From the NCBI RefSeq assembly GCF_023509525.1, contig NZ_JAKNCJ010000007.1, positions 79,727-111,726 of the forward strand: a DNA stretch of 32,000 nt, read 5' to 3'. Below, piece after piece: positions 1-7,270 of the stretch. The notes beneath the pieces were generated by a model. The model saw nothing but the letters and a program-made list of their open reading frames with translations. It had not been told where the DNA came from and searched no databases. Each line of letters begins with the position of its first letter. Position 1 is the first letter of the stretch. The DNA is from Brachybacterium equifaecis (GTDB lineage: Bacteria > Actinomycetota > Actinomycetes > Actinomycetales > Dermabacteraceae). A program made the translations under genes and the position numbers.

Positions 1-173
1 TCTGCCCCGAGCTCGCGGGCGAGCTCCGCCAGTTCGAGCGCCCCGAATCCGCGATGGCCGTTGAGGGCGCGCGAGAACGCATCGGGAGTCATGCCGATGG
101 CGGAGGCGATCTCGGACTGGGTGCGCGGGGACGCGGCGACGGCGGCCTTCGCGCGGGCAGCGATGGTGCTCAT
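1..173 (-). CDS. XRE (Cro/C1)-family helix-turn-helix transcriptional regulator, N-terminal part; gene runs off the left window edge
   Basis: Reverse-strand ATG at 171-173. Translation is MSTIAARAKAAVAASPRTQSEIASAIGMTPDAFSRALNGHRGFGALELAELARELG..., which has the TQxEIAxxxGxxxxxxSRxxNG pattern of Cro/C1 HTH domains. Absent from the ORF track because it is truncated by the window edge. Confidence 0.6.
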   Translation of the reverse strand, partial: MSTIAARAKAAVAASPRTQSEIASAIGMTPDAFSRALNGHRGFGALELAELARELGA

Positions 174-179
174 GCCCCC

Positions 180-208
180 ACCCTAGAGTGGTATTGGGAT
201 TTTCCCAA
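180..208 (-). promoter_or_regulatory. Putative sigma-70-type promoter giving a leaderless mRNA for the XRE gene
   Basis: Minus strand reads TTGGGA (208-203), a 17-nt spacer, TAGGGT (185-180), then 6 nt (GGGGGC), then the ATG at 173. There is no Shine-Dalgarno sequence, and the -10 to ATG spacing fits a leaderless transcript. Confidence 0.35.
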
Positions 209-280
209 GAGGTTGTGGACAGCCCCACGCCGCGCTCGCCGTCGTGCTGTCAGCCCGGCGCGCCTGACGGACGGGACTTG

Positions 281-316
281 GCGCACTGACGTTCCACCAG
301 TGGAACGTGAGTGCGC
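281..316. promoter_or_regulatory. 36-bp near-perfect palindrome (17-bp arms, 2-bp spacer, 1 mismatch); candidate operator
   Basis: GCGCACTGACGTTCCAC-CA-GTGGAACGTGAGTGCGC. The inner 20 bp (289-308) is a perfect palindrome. A third GTGGAAC half-site lies at 328-334. It sits in the divergent region between the XRE gene and the next plus-strand gene. Confidence 0.6.
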
Positions 317-594
317 CGACTCGGAGCGTGGAACCTCGCGGGCGGTTCGCCGGGGCGCCTGGGCCGACGGGGACTGCGTGCCTGTGACCTCGCGCTCTGG
401 GACCCGGACCTTCCCGGCGAAAGAGCCGGGGACGGCGAGTGGATAGGACTACTCTCCGACGCATCGCGCCACCGCAGGTGCGCCCCGCGCACGCAGGATG
501 GTCGGCGCAGGCCTCTCCAGAGCGCGCGCACCGCGCCGTGCGGCGGCCTCCCGTGAATGACGGCTGCGCTCCCTTCGCATCCTGGAGTCCCGCC

Positions 595-1206
595 GTGCCT
601 CTCGCCTCCCGCCATTCAGTCCTCCGCGCCGCCGCCTGGAGCGCGCCCGTCGCCATCGTGTCGACCGCCGCGCCCGCCTTCGCCGTCTCCCAGCCCACCG
701 GGACCGAGGCGCTCGGGGGGATCTTCCAGTACCACCACCCCGAGGACGGCGTGCACCGGATCCTCGGGCAGTACGGCATCGTCGCCACGCAGGGGTACGA
801 CATCCAAGAGCCCGTGACGGCCGAGCACGGCCTGCTCTCGATCTGGATGCCGTGGAGCGGGCTCACGCTGACCTCCACTCCGCCCGACGATCAAGGACAG
901 CCGCTCGGAGAGCGCGGCACCTGGTCCGACGCCGTCGCCACCGGCGAGACCGCCGTGATCGACGGGGTGACCTTCTACGAGTACGCGCCGACGTACACGG
1001 GCGTGTTCGCCAACGAGGAGGGCACCACCTACATGACCCTCACCGAGCCGTTCGCCTTCTCCTTCACCCCGCCGGACGGCGCCGTCATCGACGCCTCGAC
1101 GGTCGTCGCCGTGCTCGACCTCAGCGGCGACGTGAACGGGGCGGATCTGGCCAGCCGCGGCACGCTGCGCGGCGACGGGCAGGCGGTCTTCGTCAACCTG
1201 GAGTGA
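595..1206 (+). CDS. Secreted hypothetical protein (signal peptide, possibly Tat-like)
   Basis: ORF track frame 439..1206. I prefer the GTG at 595, with GGAG 7 nt upstream. That start gives VPLASRHSVLRAAAWSAPVAIVSTAAPAFA|VSQ: a charged n-region, a hydrophobic core and an AxA cleavage site. The 439 start would add about 50 Arg/Pro-rich residues. I recognise no family motif. Confidence 0.6.
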   Translation: MPLASRHSVLRAAAWSAPVAIVSTAAPAFAVSQPTGTEALGGIFQYHHPEDGVHRILGQYGIVATQGYDIQEPVTAEHGLLSIWMPWSGLTLTSTPPDDQGQPLGERGTWSDAVATGETAVIDGVTFYEYAPTYTGVFANEEGTTYMTLTEPFAFSFTPPDGAVIDASTVVAVLDLSGDVNGADLASRGTLRGDGQAVFVNLE

Positions 1207-1305
1207 CAACGGAGGTCGACCGTTGGAGCAGTGCGCTATCCAGGGTCTGCCCCGATAGTCTCCGTACTCTCGCAGGACGAGCCCCGACGTCCTGAAGGAG
1301 CCCCC

Positions 1306-2199
1306 ATGGCCCGCATCGCCGTCCTCGGCGCCACCGGATACCTCGGCGGACACGCCGTCACCCGCCTCCTGGCCGACGGCCACACCGTGCGCGCCGTCGT
1401 GCGCTCGCCGGAGACCGCGCAGCTGCCCGCCGGGGTCGAGGTCGTGCAGGGAGACGTCACCGAGCCCTCCACCCTGACGGCCGCGCTCGCGGACGTCGAT
1501 GGGGTGCTGCTCGCGCTGAACGGCGGCTCCGACACGGACCGCGCGAACGCCGTCGAGGAGACCGGCGTCGCGGACGTCGCCGCGGCCGCCCAGCTCGCCG
1601 GAGTGCAGCAGATCCTGCTGCTGACCGGCATGTACTCCCAGCCCGCGTACGCCGAGCATCCGTGGGAGGAGGCGAAGTCCCGCGGTGCCGAGCTGCTGCT
1701 CGCGGGCCCGGTGCCCGCGACCGTCTTCCGGATCGGGTTCATCGACGAGACCCTTCCGCAGTTCGTGCGCGGCGGAGGGGTCACGATGCTCGGCAAGCAG
1801 GCCCTTCCGGTGCGCCCGATCGCGGCCGACGACATCATGGCCGCCGCTTCCCGTGCGTTCGGTCTGCCGGAGACGGCCGGGAAGACCTATGACGTCGCCG
1901 GCACCGAGGAGATGACCCTGCGCGAAGCCGCCGTCGCCTACGCGAGCGCCGTGACCAGCACGCCCCCGCACCAGGTGAAGGTGCGGGTGATGCCGCTGCC
2001 GTTCATGCGCACCATCAACCGCCTGTTCATGGGCGGGCGGATGACTCGGGTGCTCGGCATCATGGGCTCGATGGACCGCCTCGGCGATGTCACCGACACC
2101 ACCGCGTTCTTCCGCGACCTGGGGGAGCCGCCGACGAGCTTCCGCGAGTGGCTCGAGAAGCAGCGCCGGGCGATCGCCGACGGGGTCGCGCCGCGCTGA
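1306..2199 (+). CDS. NAD(P)H-binding NmrA-like / atypical SDR family protein
   Basis: ATG 1306 is preceded by GAAGGAG. The N-terminus MARIAVLGATGYLGGHAVTRLL has a GxxGxxG Rossmann motif, followed by RAVVRSP...VQGDVTEP, typical of NmrA/HSCARG-like proteins. Confidence 0.8.
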   Translation: MARIAVLGATGYLGGHAVTRLLADGHTVRAVVRSPETAQLPAGVEVVQGDVTEPSTLTAALADVDGVLLALNGGSDTDRANAVEETGVADVAAAAQLAGVQQILLLTGMYSQPAYAEHPWEEAKSRGAELLLAGPVPATVFRIGFIDETLPQFVRGGGVTMLGKQALPVRPIAADDIMAAASRAFGLPETAGKTYDVAGTEEMTLREAAVAYASAVTSTPPHQVKVRVMPLPFMRTINRLFMGGRMTRVLGIMGSMDRLGDVTDTTAFFRDLGEPPTSFREWLEKQRRAIADGVAPR

Positions 2200-2214
2200 G
2201 GGCGGCTCGTTCTG

Positions 2215-2230
2215 CGGCGGCCGGCCGCCG
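2215..2230 (+). terminator. GC-rich palindrome downstream of the NmrA-like gene; possible weak terminator
   Basis: CGGCGGCCGGCCGCCG is a perfect 16-bp palindrome (6-bp stem plus tetraloop as RNA). It lies 16 nt after the TGA at 2197-2199 and is followed by GTAGGATTCC. There is no real U-tract. Confidence 0.3.
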
Positions 2231-2243
2231 TAGGATTCCGCCC

Positions 2244-2717
2244 ATGTCGACATTCAGCATCTCCCGCTCCGCCCATACCTCCGCCGCGCCCGAGCAGGTC
2301 GTGCCGCTGCTGCACGACTTCCACGAGTGGGAGCGCTGGTCCCCGTGGGAGGGCCTGGACGAGAACATGCGCCGCACCTACGAGGGCCCCGCGCGCGGCA
2401 TGGGCGCGAAGTACACGTGGGAGGGCGACAAGAAGGCCGGCGCCGGCACGATGCGCATGATCCGGGCCGACGAGCGCGGCGCGGGAATCGCGCTCTCCTT
2501 CACCAAGCCCTTCAAGGCCACCAACCAGGTCACGATCGATGTTGCCCCCGCCGCGGGCGGCGGCAGCGACCTCACCTGGACGATGACCGGAGAGCAGGGC
2601 CTGTTCGGTCGTCTGTTCTACAAGGTGTTCCCCATGGAGAAGATGCTCGCGAAGGACTTCGACAAGGGCCTCGCGCAGCTCGCCGTGGAGGCTGAGAAGG
2701 ACGCGGCGAAGGGCTGA
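2244..2717 (+). CDS. SRPBCC (START/polyketide-cyclase-like) family protein
   Basis: Starts at the internal ATG 2244: MSTFSISRSAHTSAAPEQVVPLLHDFHEWERWSPWE...KYTWEGDKKAGAGTMRM. The DFxxWxxWSPW motif and the size (157 aa) are typical of SRPBCC proteins. Confidence 0.8.
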   Translation: MSTFSISRSAHTSAAPEQVVPLLHDFHEWERWSPWEGLDENMRRTYEGPARGMGAKYTWEGDKKAGAGTMRMIRADERGAGIALSFTKPFKATNQVTIDVAPAAGGGSDLTWTMTGEQGLFGRLFYKVFPMEKMLAKDFDKGLAQLAVEAEKDAAKG

Positions 2718-2748
2718 GAGGCGGGACGGCGATGACGGGCCGACGACG

Positions 2749-3681
2749 ATGACGGCGCTCGATCCGGAGATCCGCGAGGCAGCGGCGCAGGTCCCGGCGC
2801 AGACGACCTGGGATGCCGCGGCGATGCGGGCCGCGGGGGATGCGGCGCTCGCCGGGGATGCGGCGCTTCCGGAAGGGATCGTCCGCACGGTGCGCTGGAT
2901 CGACGGGCCGGGAGGAGCGCTGGAGCTGCGCGTGCACGCGCCGAGTGCCGCGCTGAGCGCCGGGTCGAACACAGGGTCGAGCACAGGGGCCGCCACCGCG
3001 ATTCTGTCGATCCACGGCGGGGGGTTCGTCGCCGGTCGCGCGGCCTTCGACGACGCGTGGAACGCGCAGCTGGCCGCGGCGAGCGGCGCGGTGGTCGTCA
3101 GCCCCGACTACCGGCTCGCTCCCGAGCACCCGGCACCCGCGGCGCGCGAGGACTGCCTGGCGGCGTGGCGCTGGCTGACGGCGGAGCGGTCGTGGGCGCG
3201 GTGCATCATCTACGGGGATTCGGCGGGCGGGAACCTCGCCGAGGGACTCACGCTGTGGACTCTGGATCACGAGGATCTGGTGCCGGACGAGGTCATCCTC
3301 ATCGAGCCGGTGCTCGATGACCGGCTCGACACGGAGTCCATGCGCAACGGCGACTACCCCGTGTGGAACCGGGAGAGCGCGAAGGCGTCCTGGGCGGCCG
3401 TGCTCGGCGGCCGAGGGGCCGACGCCTACGCCGCGCCTGCGCGACGGGAGACCCTCGAGGGCCATCCGTTCACGCGCATCCTCGCCAACCAGTGCGATCC
3501 GCTGCGCGATGAGGACATCGAGTTCGCGCGGCGGCTCTCTGCGGCGGGGGTGCCGACGGAGCTGTGCATGATGCCGGGCACCTGCCACGGCGTGCTCGGG
3601 CTCGACGGCCCGGCCCTGGCGGACCGGGCGCGGGAGATCGTGCTGGCGTGGGTGCGGGGGGCGGCGGGGCAGGGGGAGTAG
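2749..3681 (+). CDS. Alpha/beta hydrolase, hormone-sensitive-lipase (Aes-like, fold-3) family esterase
   Basis: HGGGF oxyanion-hole motif (ILSIHGGGFVAG), YRLAPEHP, a GDSAGG nucleophile elbow, and a C-terminal D...H (CDPLRDED...CHGV). Confidence 0.85.
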   Translation: MTALDPEIREAAAQVPAQTTWDAAAMRAAGDAALAGDAALPEGIVRTVRWIDGPGGALELRVHAPSAALSAGSNTGSSTGAATAILSIHGGGFVAGRAAFDDAWNAQLAAASGAVVVSPDYRLAPEHPAPAAREDCLAAWRWLTAERSWARCIIYGDSAGGNLAEGLTLWTLDHEDLVPDEVILIEPVLDDRLDTESMRNGDYPVWNRESAKASWAAVLGGRGADAYAAPARRETLEGHPFTRILANQCDPLRDEDIEFARRLSAAGVPTELCMMPGTCHGVLGLDGPALADRAREIVLAWVRGAAGQGE

Positions 3682-3714
3682 GCGGGCCGACGAATAGGTG
3701 CGGCGGTGGGGCCT

Positions 3715-4068
3715 CTATCCCTCATGATCCGGCCCTTGCATCTCCACGTTCCCGTGCTCGTCCGTGGACACCCACGAGGTGATGCCTTGTGCCAGGAACT
3801 CCGCCTCGAGATCGAGGGACGCGCGGGTCTCCTCCATGCGCTTGTCGATCTCGGCGCGCGCGATGGCCTGCTCGCGGTCGGTGAGATCGTCGTACGAGCG
3901 GGTTCCGGTGAGAACGGACTCGACATGGCGCAGGGGGACCCGCTCGAACTCGCGGCCGATGCGGGCCCAATGGGCGATCTGCTGGGCAGGGGTGCGGCCG
4001 TGGCCCGGGGCGATGGCGCTCGCCGCGGCGTAGATGTCTTCCGGCAGGCGGGTCGGTGTGCTCGGCAT
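3715..4068 (-). CDS. ParD-like (ribbon-helix-helix) type II antitoxin family protein
   Basis: Internal ATG at 4066-4068: MPSTPTRLPEDIYAAASAIAPGHGRTPAQQIAHWARIGREFE..., the beta-strand plus two-helix RHH pattern of the ParD_like family. The upstream 47 codons of the track ORF are Arg-rich and unlikely to be coding. Confidence 0.6.
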   Translation of the reverse strand: MPSTPTRLPEDIYAAASAIAPGHGRTPAQQIAHWARIGREFERVPLRHVESVLTGTRSYDDLTDREQAIARAEIDKRMEETRASLDLEAEFLAQGITSWVSTDEHGNVEMQGPDHEG

Positions 4069-4236
4069 GAGGCAAATGTGGCGATCTGCTACGGGATAGG
4101 CCCTTTCCGCCCTCAAGGCGCTGTTAAATGCTCCAGGCGCTGCACGATCAGTGCGACGTCCACCCCTGGAGTGAGGGGTGGGGGACCGGCAATCGGTAGC
4201 TTGGGCCACCGGGGCCGCCTACGACATCACAAGCGC

Positions 4237-4914
4237 TCAGTCGGTGGGGACGAGCTCGCCCTTCGTGCGCCAGATGGCGTGATCGAAGTGGGTGAGGCTG
4301 TCGCCGCGCCCGATGGCCTCGAACGCTTCTTCGACGAGCGCACGTGCACGAGCCGTATCCACGCGCTTGAGCCCGGCCGTTCGCAGCGACCGGTTGACGA
4401 ACTCCAGGATCATTCGGTCCGGCTTCACTCCCGGGATGCCCAGGAGCATCGTGAAGTACTCCGCGGTGACTCCGCCGAGTCCATGTACGCGCCTATACGC
4501 GCGTCGCACGTCGCGGACTCGCGCATCGAGATCCTCAACGCCCTCGGTGATATCGGAGGCGGTGCGCACCTGCGGCGTGAGGTCGAGAAGGTTCTGTGCA
4601 GCCTCGACGACGCACGCGCTCTTCCTGCGACCGGAACTGACTGCACTGGTCATGAAGGACTCGATCTCGCCGGCTCCGAGATCGACCAGCGCTTGGAGGT
4701 CGTCCGCGACCTCTGGGTGAGCCTTGATGAGCGTGCGCGTGCGGCCAAGGACACCGAGAGCCTCGTTCTTCGCGTCGTACTTCGCGCGGATAGAGAACAC
4801 GGCATCCACGAGAGCGGTGCCGATCTGATCGGGCCAGCCCCCGCGGTACTCTGCGAACTCGCTGTCCGGGATCTTCGAGATCTGCGTGATCAGTGCTTCC
4901 AGCTGAGTGGTCAT
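4237..4914 (-). CDS. Hypothetical protein with a helix-hairpin-helix-like motif
   Basis: 225-aa ORF with normal composition. VHGLGGVTAEYFTMLLGIPGVKPDRMI resembles an HhH (endonuclease III-like) element. No catalytic motif recognised. Confidence 0.55.
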   Translation of the reverse strand: MTTQLEALITQISKIPDSEFAEYRGGWPDQIGTALVDAVFSIRAKYDAKNEALGVLGRTRTLIKAHPEVADDLQALVDLGAGEIESFMTSAVSSGRRKSACVVEAAQNLLDLTPQVRTASDITEGVEDLDARVRDVRRAYRRVHGLGGVTAEYFTMLLGIPGVKPDRMILEFVNRSLRTAGLKRVDTARARALVEEAFEAIGRGDSLTHFDHAIWRTKGELVPTD

Positions 4915-5052
4915 CGGAGCGTCCTTGCGTCGATGGATGTGAGTCGTAGGCGATCCGCGGAGCTCCCTATCAGGTGCCGATCAGGGCACTGGACGCGCCG
5001 CATTGCGCAAGCCCAGTATCTCCTGACGAGCGCAGCTCCTCGCCCCCGCTCA

Positions 5053-5736
5053 TCACACCCCCCGCACCGCCGCATCGAACCACCGCGTGATCGACGTGGG
5101 GTGCGTGATCGCGGTGCCGACGACCACCGCGAAGGCCCCGGCCTCCCGGCAGGCCGCGGCCTGCGCCGGCGTGTGCACGCGGCCCTCGGCGATCAGTGCC
5201 GACCCCTCCGGCAGGCTCCCCGCGAGCTCCCGCAGCAGCTCGAGGTCCGGCCCGTCTGTGGTCGGCCGCTTCGCGGTGTACCCGGCGAGGGTCGTGCCGA
5301 TGAGGTCCACGCCGAGCTCCGCGGCGAGCAGGGCGGAGGCGACGCTGTCGGTGTCGGCCATGATCGGCCCGTCCCAGCGCGCGCGGATCTTCTCCACCGT
5401 CTGCGCGAAGCTCAGCCCGTCGGGCCGGGGGCGCTGCGTGCCATCCAGCGCGAGGATGTCGGCGCCCGCGTCGATCACGGCGAGGCAGTGCTCGAGGGTG
5501 GGGGTGATAAACACGCCCGCGTCGCCGTCCTTCCAGATGCCGATCACGGGCACGGAGACTGCGGCCTTCACCTGCGCGATGTCCTCGAGGCCCTGCGCGC
5601 GCACGGCCGAGGCCCCTCCTTCCTCCACCGCCGCGGCGACCTGCGCCATGGTGCGCGGGTCGCGCATGGGCTCGCCGGGGTAGGCCTGGCAGGAGACGAT
5701 CAGCGTGCTGGCGAGGGGCTGGATGAGGGGATGCAT
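5053..5736 (-). CDS. nanE: N-acetylmannosamine-6-phosphate 2-epimerase
   Basis: LIVSCQAYPGEPMRDP...VIGIWKDG...ILALDGT...ADTDS...LIGTTLAGYT...IAEGRVHTP...VVVGTAITHP matches NanE over its whole length (227 aa). RBS GAAGGAG lies upstream. Confidence 0.9.
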   Translation of the reverse strand: MHPLIQPLASTLIVSCQAYPGEPMRDPRTMAQVAAAVEEGGASAVRAQGLEDIAQVKAAVSVPVIGIWKDGDAGVFITPTLEHCLAVIDAGADILALDGTQRPRPDGLSFAQTVEKIRARWDGPIMADTDSVASALLAAELGVDLIGTTLAGYTAKRPTTDGPDLELLRELAGSLPEGSALIAEGRVHTPAQAAACREAGAFAVVVGTAITHPTSITRWFDAAVRGV

Positions 5737-5769
5737 GGATGCTCCTTCAGGGCGAGGACGGGTAGGCGG

Positions 5770-6654
5770 TCACCGGGGCTCGAGGGCGGCGTCCTCGAGG
5801 AGGCGGTGCACGTGCAGGCCGATGTACAGGGTCTCGTCGGGGCTCACGGGGCTGTCCCACTCGGTGGTGAGCAGGCGGGAGATCGCGCCTGCCGCGGCCA
5901 TCACCCCCGGCACCGACTCCTCGAGCGCCGCGCGCACGAGCGGCGGGGCGAGCGGCACGGGCCGCCCGTCGGCCAGACGCACGAAGAGGTAGCGCAGGTG
6001 CGTGGTGAAGCGCGCGGCGGCCTGGCCCTCGCGATCGAGGGGCTCCCGGCGGTGCGCGTCAATGACGTCGAAGATCTGCGAGAGCAGCTGCGTCATCCGC
6101 ACAGTGCGCTCGATCGCGGCGCCCGTGAAGGAGGAGCTGACGAAGTGGAGGGCGAACGCCGTCGCCTCGCTCGCAGGCAGGCGCACGCCGAGGTCGCTCG
6201 CCACGAGATCCAGCGCCCGCTGCCCGGCGGTGAACTCGACGGGGTAGAGGCTGCGCACCTCCCAGACCAGCGGGATGTCGACCTGGATCCCGAGCCTGGC
6301 TCGCCGCACCGCCTGGTGGAGGTGGTCGGCGATCGGCAGCAGAAGCACCTCGGCCCGCTCGAGGCCGAGGAGAAGGTCGGCCGCCTCGACGATGCGCCGG
6401 GCGCAGGCGACCTCCTCCGCGGGGATGTCGGCGAGGGTCCCGGCGGCGGCCTCCGGGGCGACGCCCTCGAGCGGCACGAACACCGCCTCCACCTTTCCGG
6501 CATCGACGAGGGTGCCGCGGCGGGCACCGAAGCCGACGCCGCTGCCCTGGATCACCACCGACCTGCCGGCGGCATCGAGCGCGAGCACGATGTTGTTGTT
6601 GTGGACCTGCTGGACGACCCACCGCGTTTCTCCGCCCACGCCGGGCTCGCGCAT
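5770..6654 (-). CDS. PRD-domain transcriptional antiterminator (BglG/LicT/SacY family)
   Basis: Start at ATG 6652-6654 (or the GTG 15 nt downstream). The CAT-type RNA-binding N-terminus is VVQQVHNNNIVLALDAAGRSVVIQGSGVGFGARRG...VFVP. Two PRD-like regions follow (ALHFVSS...; LYIGLHVHRLL). The track ORF extends 71 codons too far upstream. Confidence 0.8.
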   Translation of the reverse strand: MREPGVGGETRWVVQQVHNNNIVLALDAAGRSVVIQGSGVGFGARRGTLVDAGKVEAVFVPLEGVAPEAAAGTLADIPAEEVACARRIVEAADLLLGLERAEVLLLPIADHLHQAVRRARLGIQVDIPLVWEVRSLYPVEFTAGQRALDLVASDLGVRLPASEATAFALHFVSSSFTGAAIERTVRMTQLLSQIFDVIDAHRREPLDREGQAAARFTTHLRYLFVRLADGRPVPLAPPLVRAALEESVPGVMAAAGAISRLLTTEWDSPVSPDETLYIGLHVHRLLEDAALEPR

Positions 6655-6680
6655 TCCGGGTCCACTCACGCCGGGCCCGC

Positions 6681-7208
6681 TCACTCGGGCCGCAGGGTCA
6701 TGACCGCCGACCCCGCTGGAGCGCCGAGATCCGGGCCGAGCAGCGTGAATCCGTCGGCCGACGTGATGATCACGGGCGTGAGGACCGACGGGATCTGCGC
6801 GCGCACCTGCTCGAGGTCCACGCGCAGGATCGGATCCCCGGCCTCGATCCGCTGGCCCTGCGCGCACAGGGCCGTGAAGCCCGCGCCCTTCAGCGTCACG
6901 GAGTCCACGCCCACGTGCACGAGCACCTCGGCGCCGCTGTCATGGCGGATGCCGACCGCGTGGAGGGTCTCCGGGAGCATCGTGACGGTCCCGGAGACCG
7001 GGGCATGGAACTCCCCGCTCGCGGGGTCGACGGCGAAGCCGGGGCCGACGAGACCCCCGGAGAAGACGGGATCGGGCACGTCTGCGAGCGGCACCAGCGT
7101 GCCCGTGACGGGGGAGAGGACGGCGACCTGCGCCGCCTCTCCTGCCGTGGCCGCTGCCTCCTGGCCGCTGTCAGTGGCTGCTGCGCCGCGGCGCTTGAAT
7201 CCGAACAT
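6681..7208 (-). CDS. PTS glucose-family EIIA component
   Basis: Only the last 175 codons of track ORF 6681..8921 are real: MFGFKRRG...VLSPVTGTLVPLADVPDPVFSGGLVGPGFAVDP...HAVGI...GAEVLVHVGVDSVTLKG. This is the EIIA-Glc fold with both His residues. RBS GGAGAAGGAG lies upstream of ATG 7208. Confidence 0.9.
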   Translation of the reverse strand: MFGFKRRGAAATDSGQEAAATAGEAAQVAVLSPVTGTLVPLADVPDPVFSGGLVGPGFAVDPASGEFHAPVSGTVTMLPETLHAVGIRHDSGAEVLVHVGVDSVTLKGAGFTALCAQGQRIEAGDPILRVDLEQVRAQIPSVLTPVIITSADGFTLLGPDLGAPAGSAVMTLRPE

Positions 7209-7270
7209 GTTTGCTCCTTCTCCGGGGGTCCGCCGAGGGGGCGGGGTGATGATCGCGGGGCGCGCGAGGG

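Noticed and set aside
616-2253. 545-aa minus-strand ORF spanning the secreted-protein and NmrA-like genes
   Set aside because: It is antisense to two ORFs that have clear motifs. Its composition is Arg/Gly/Ala/Pro/His-rich and low in complexity, typical of shadow ORFs in high-G+C DNA.
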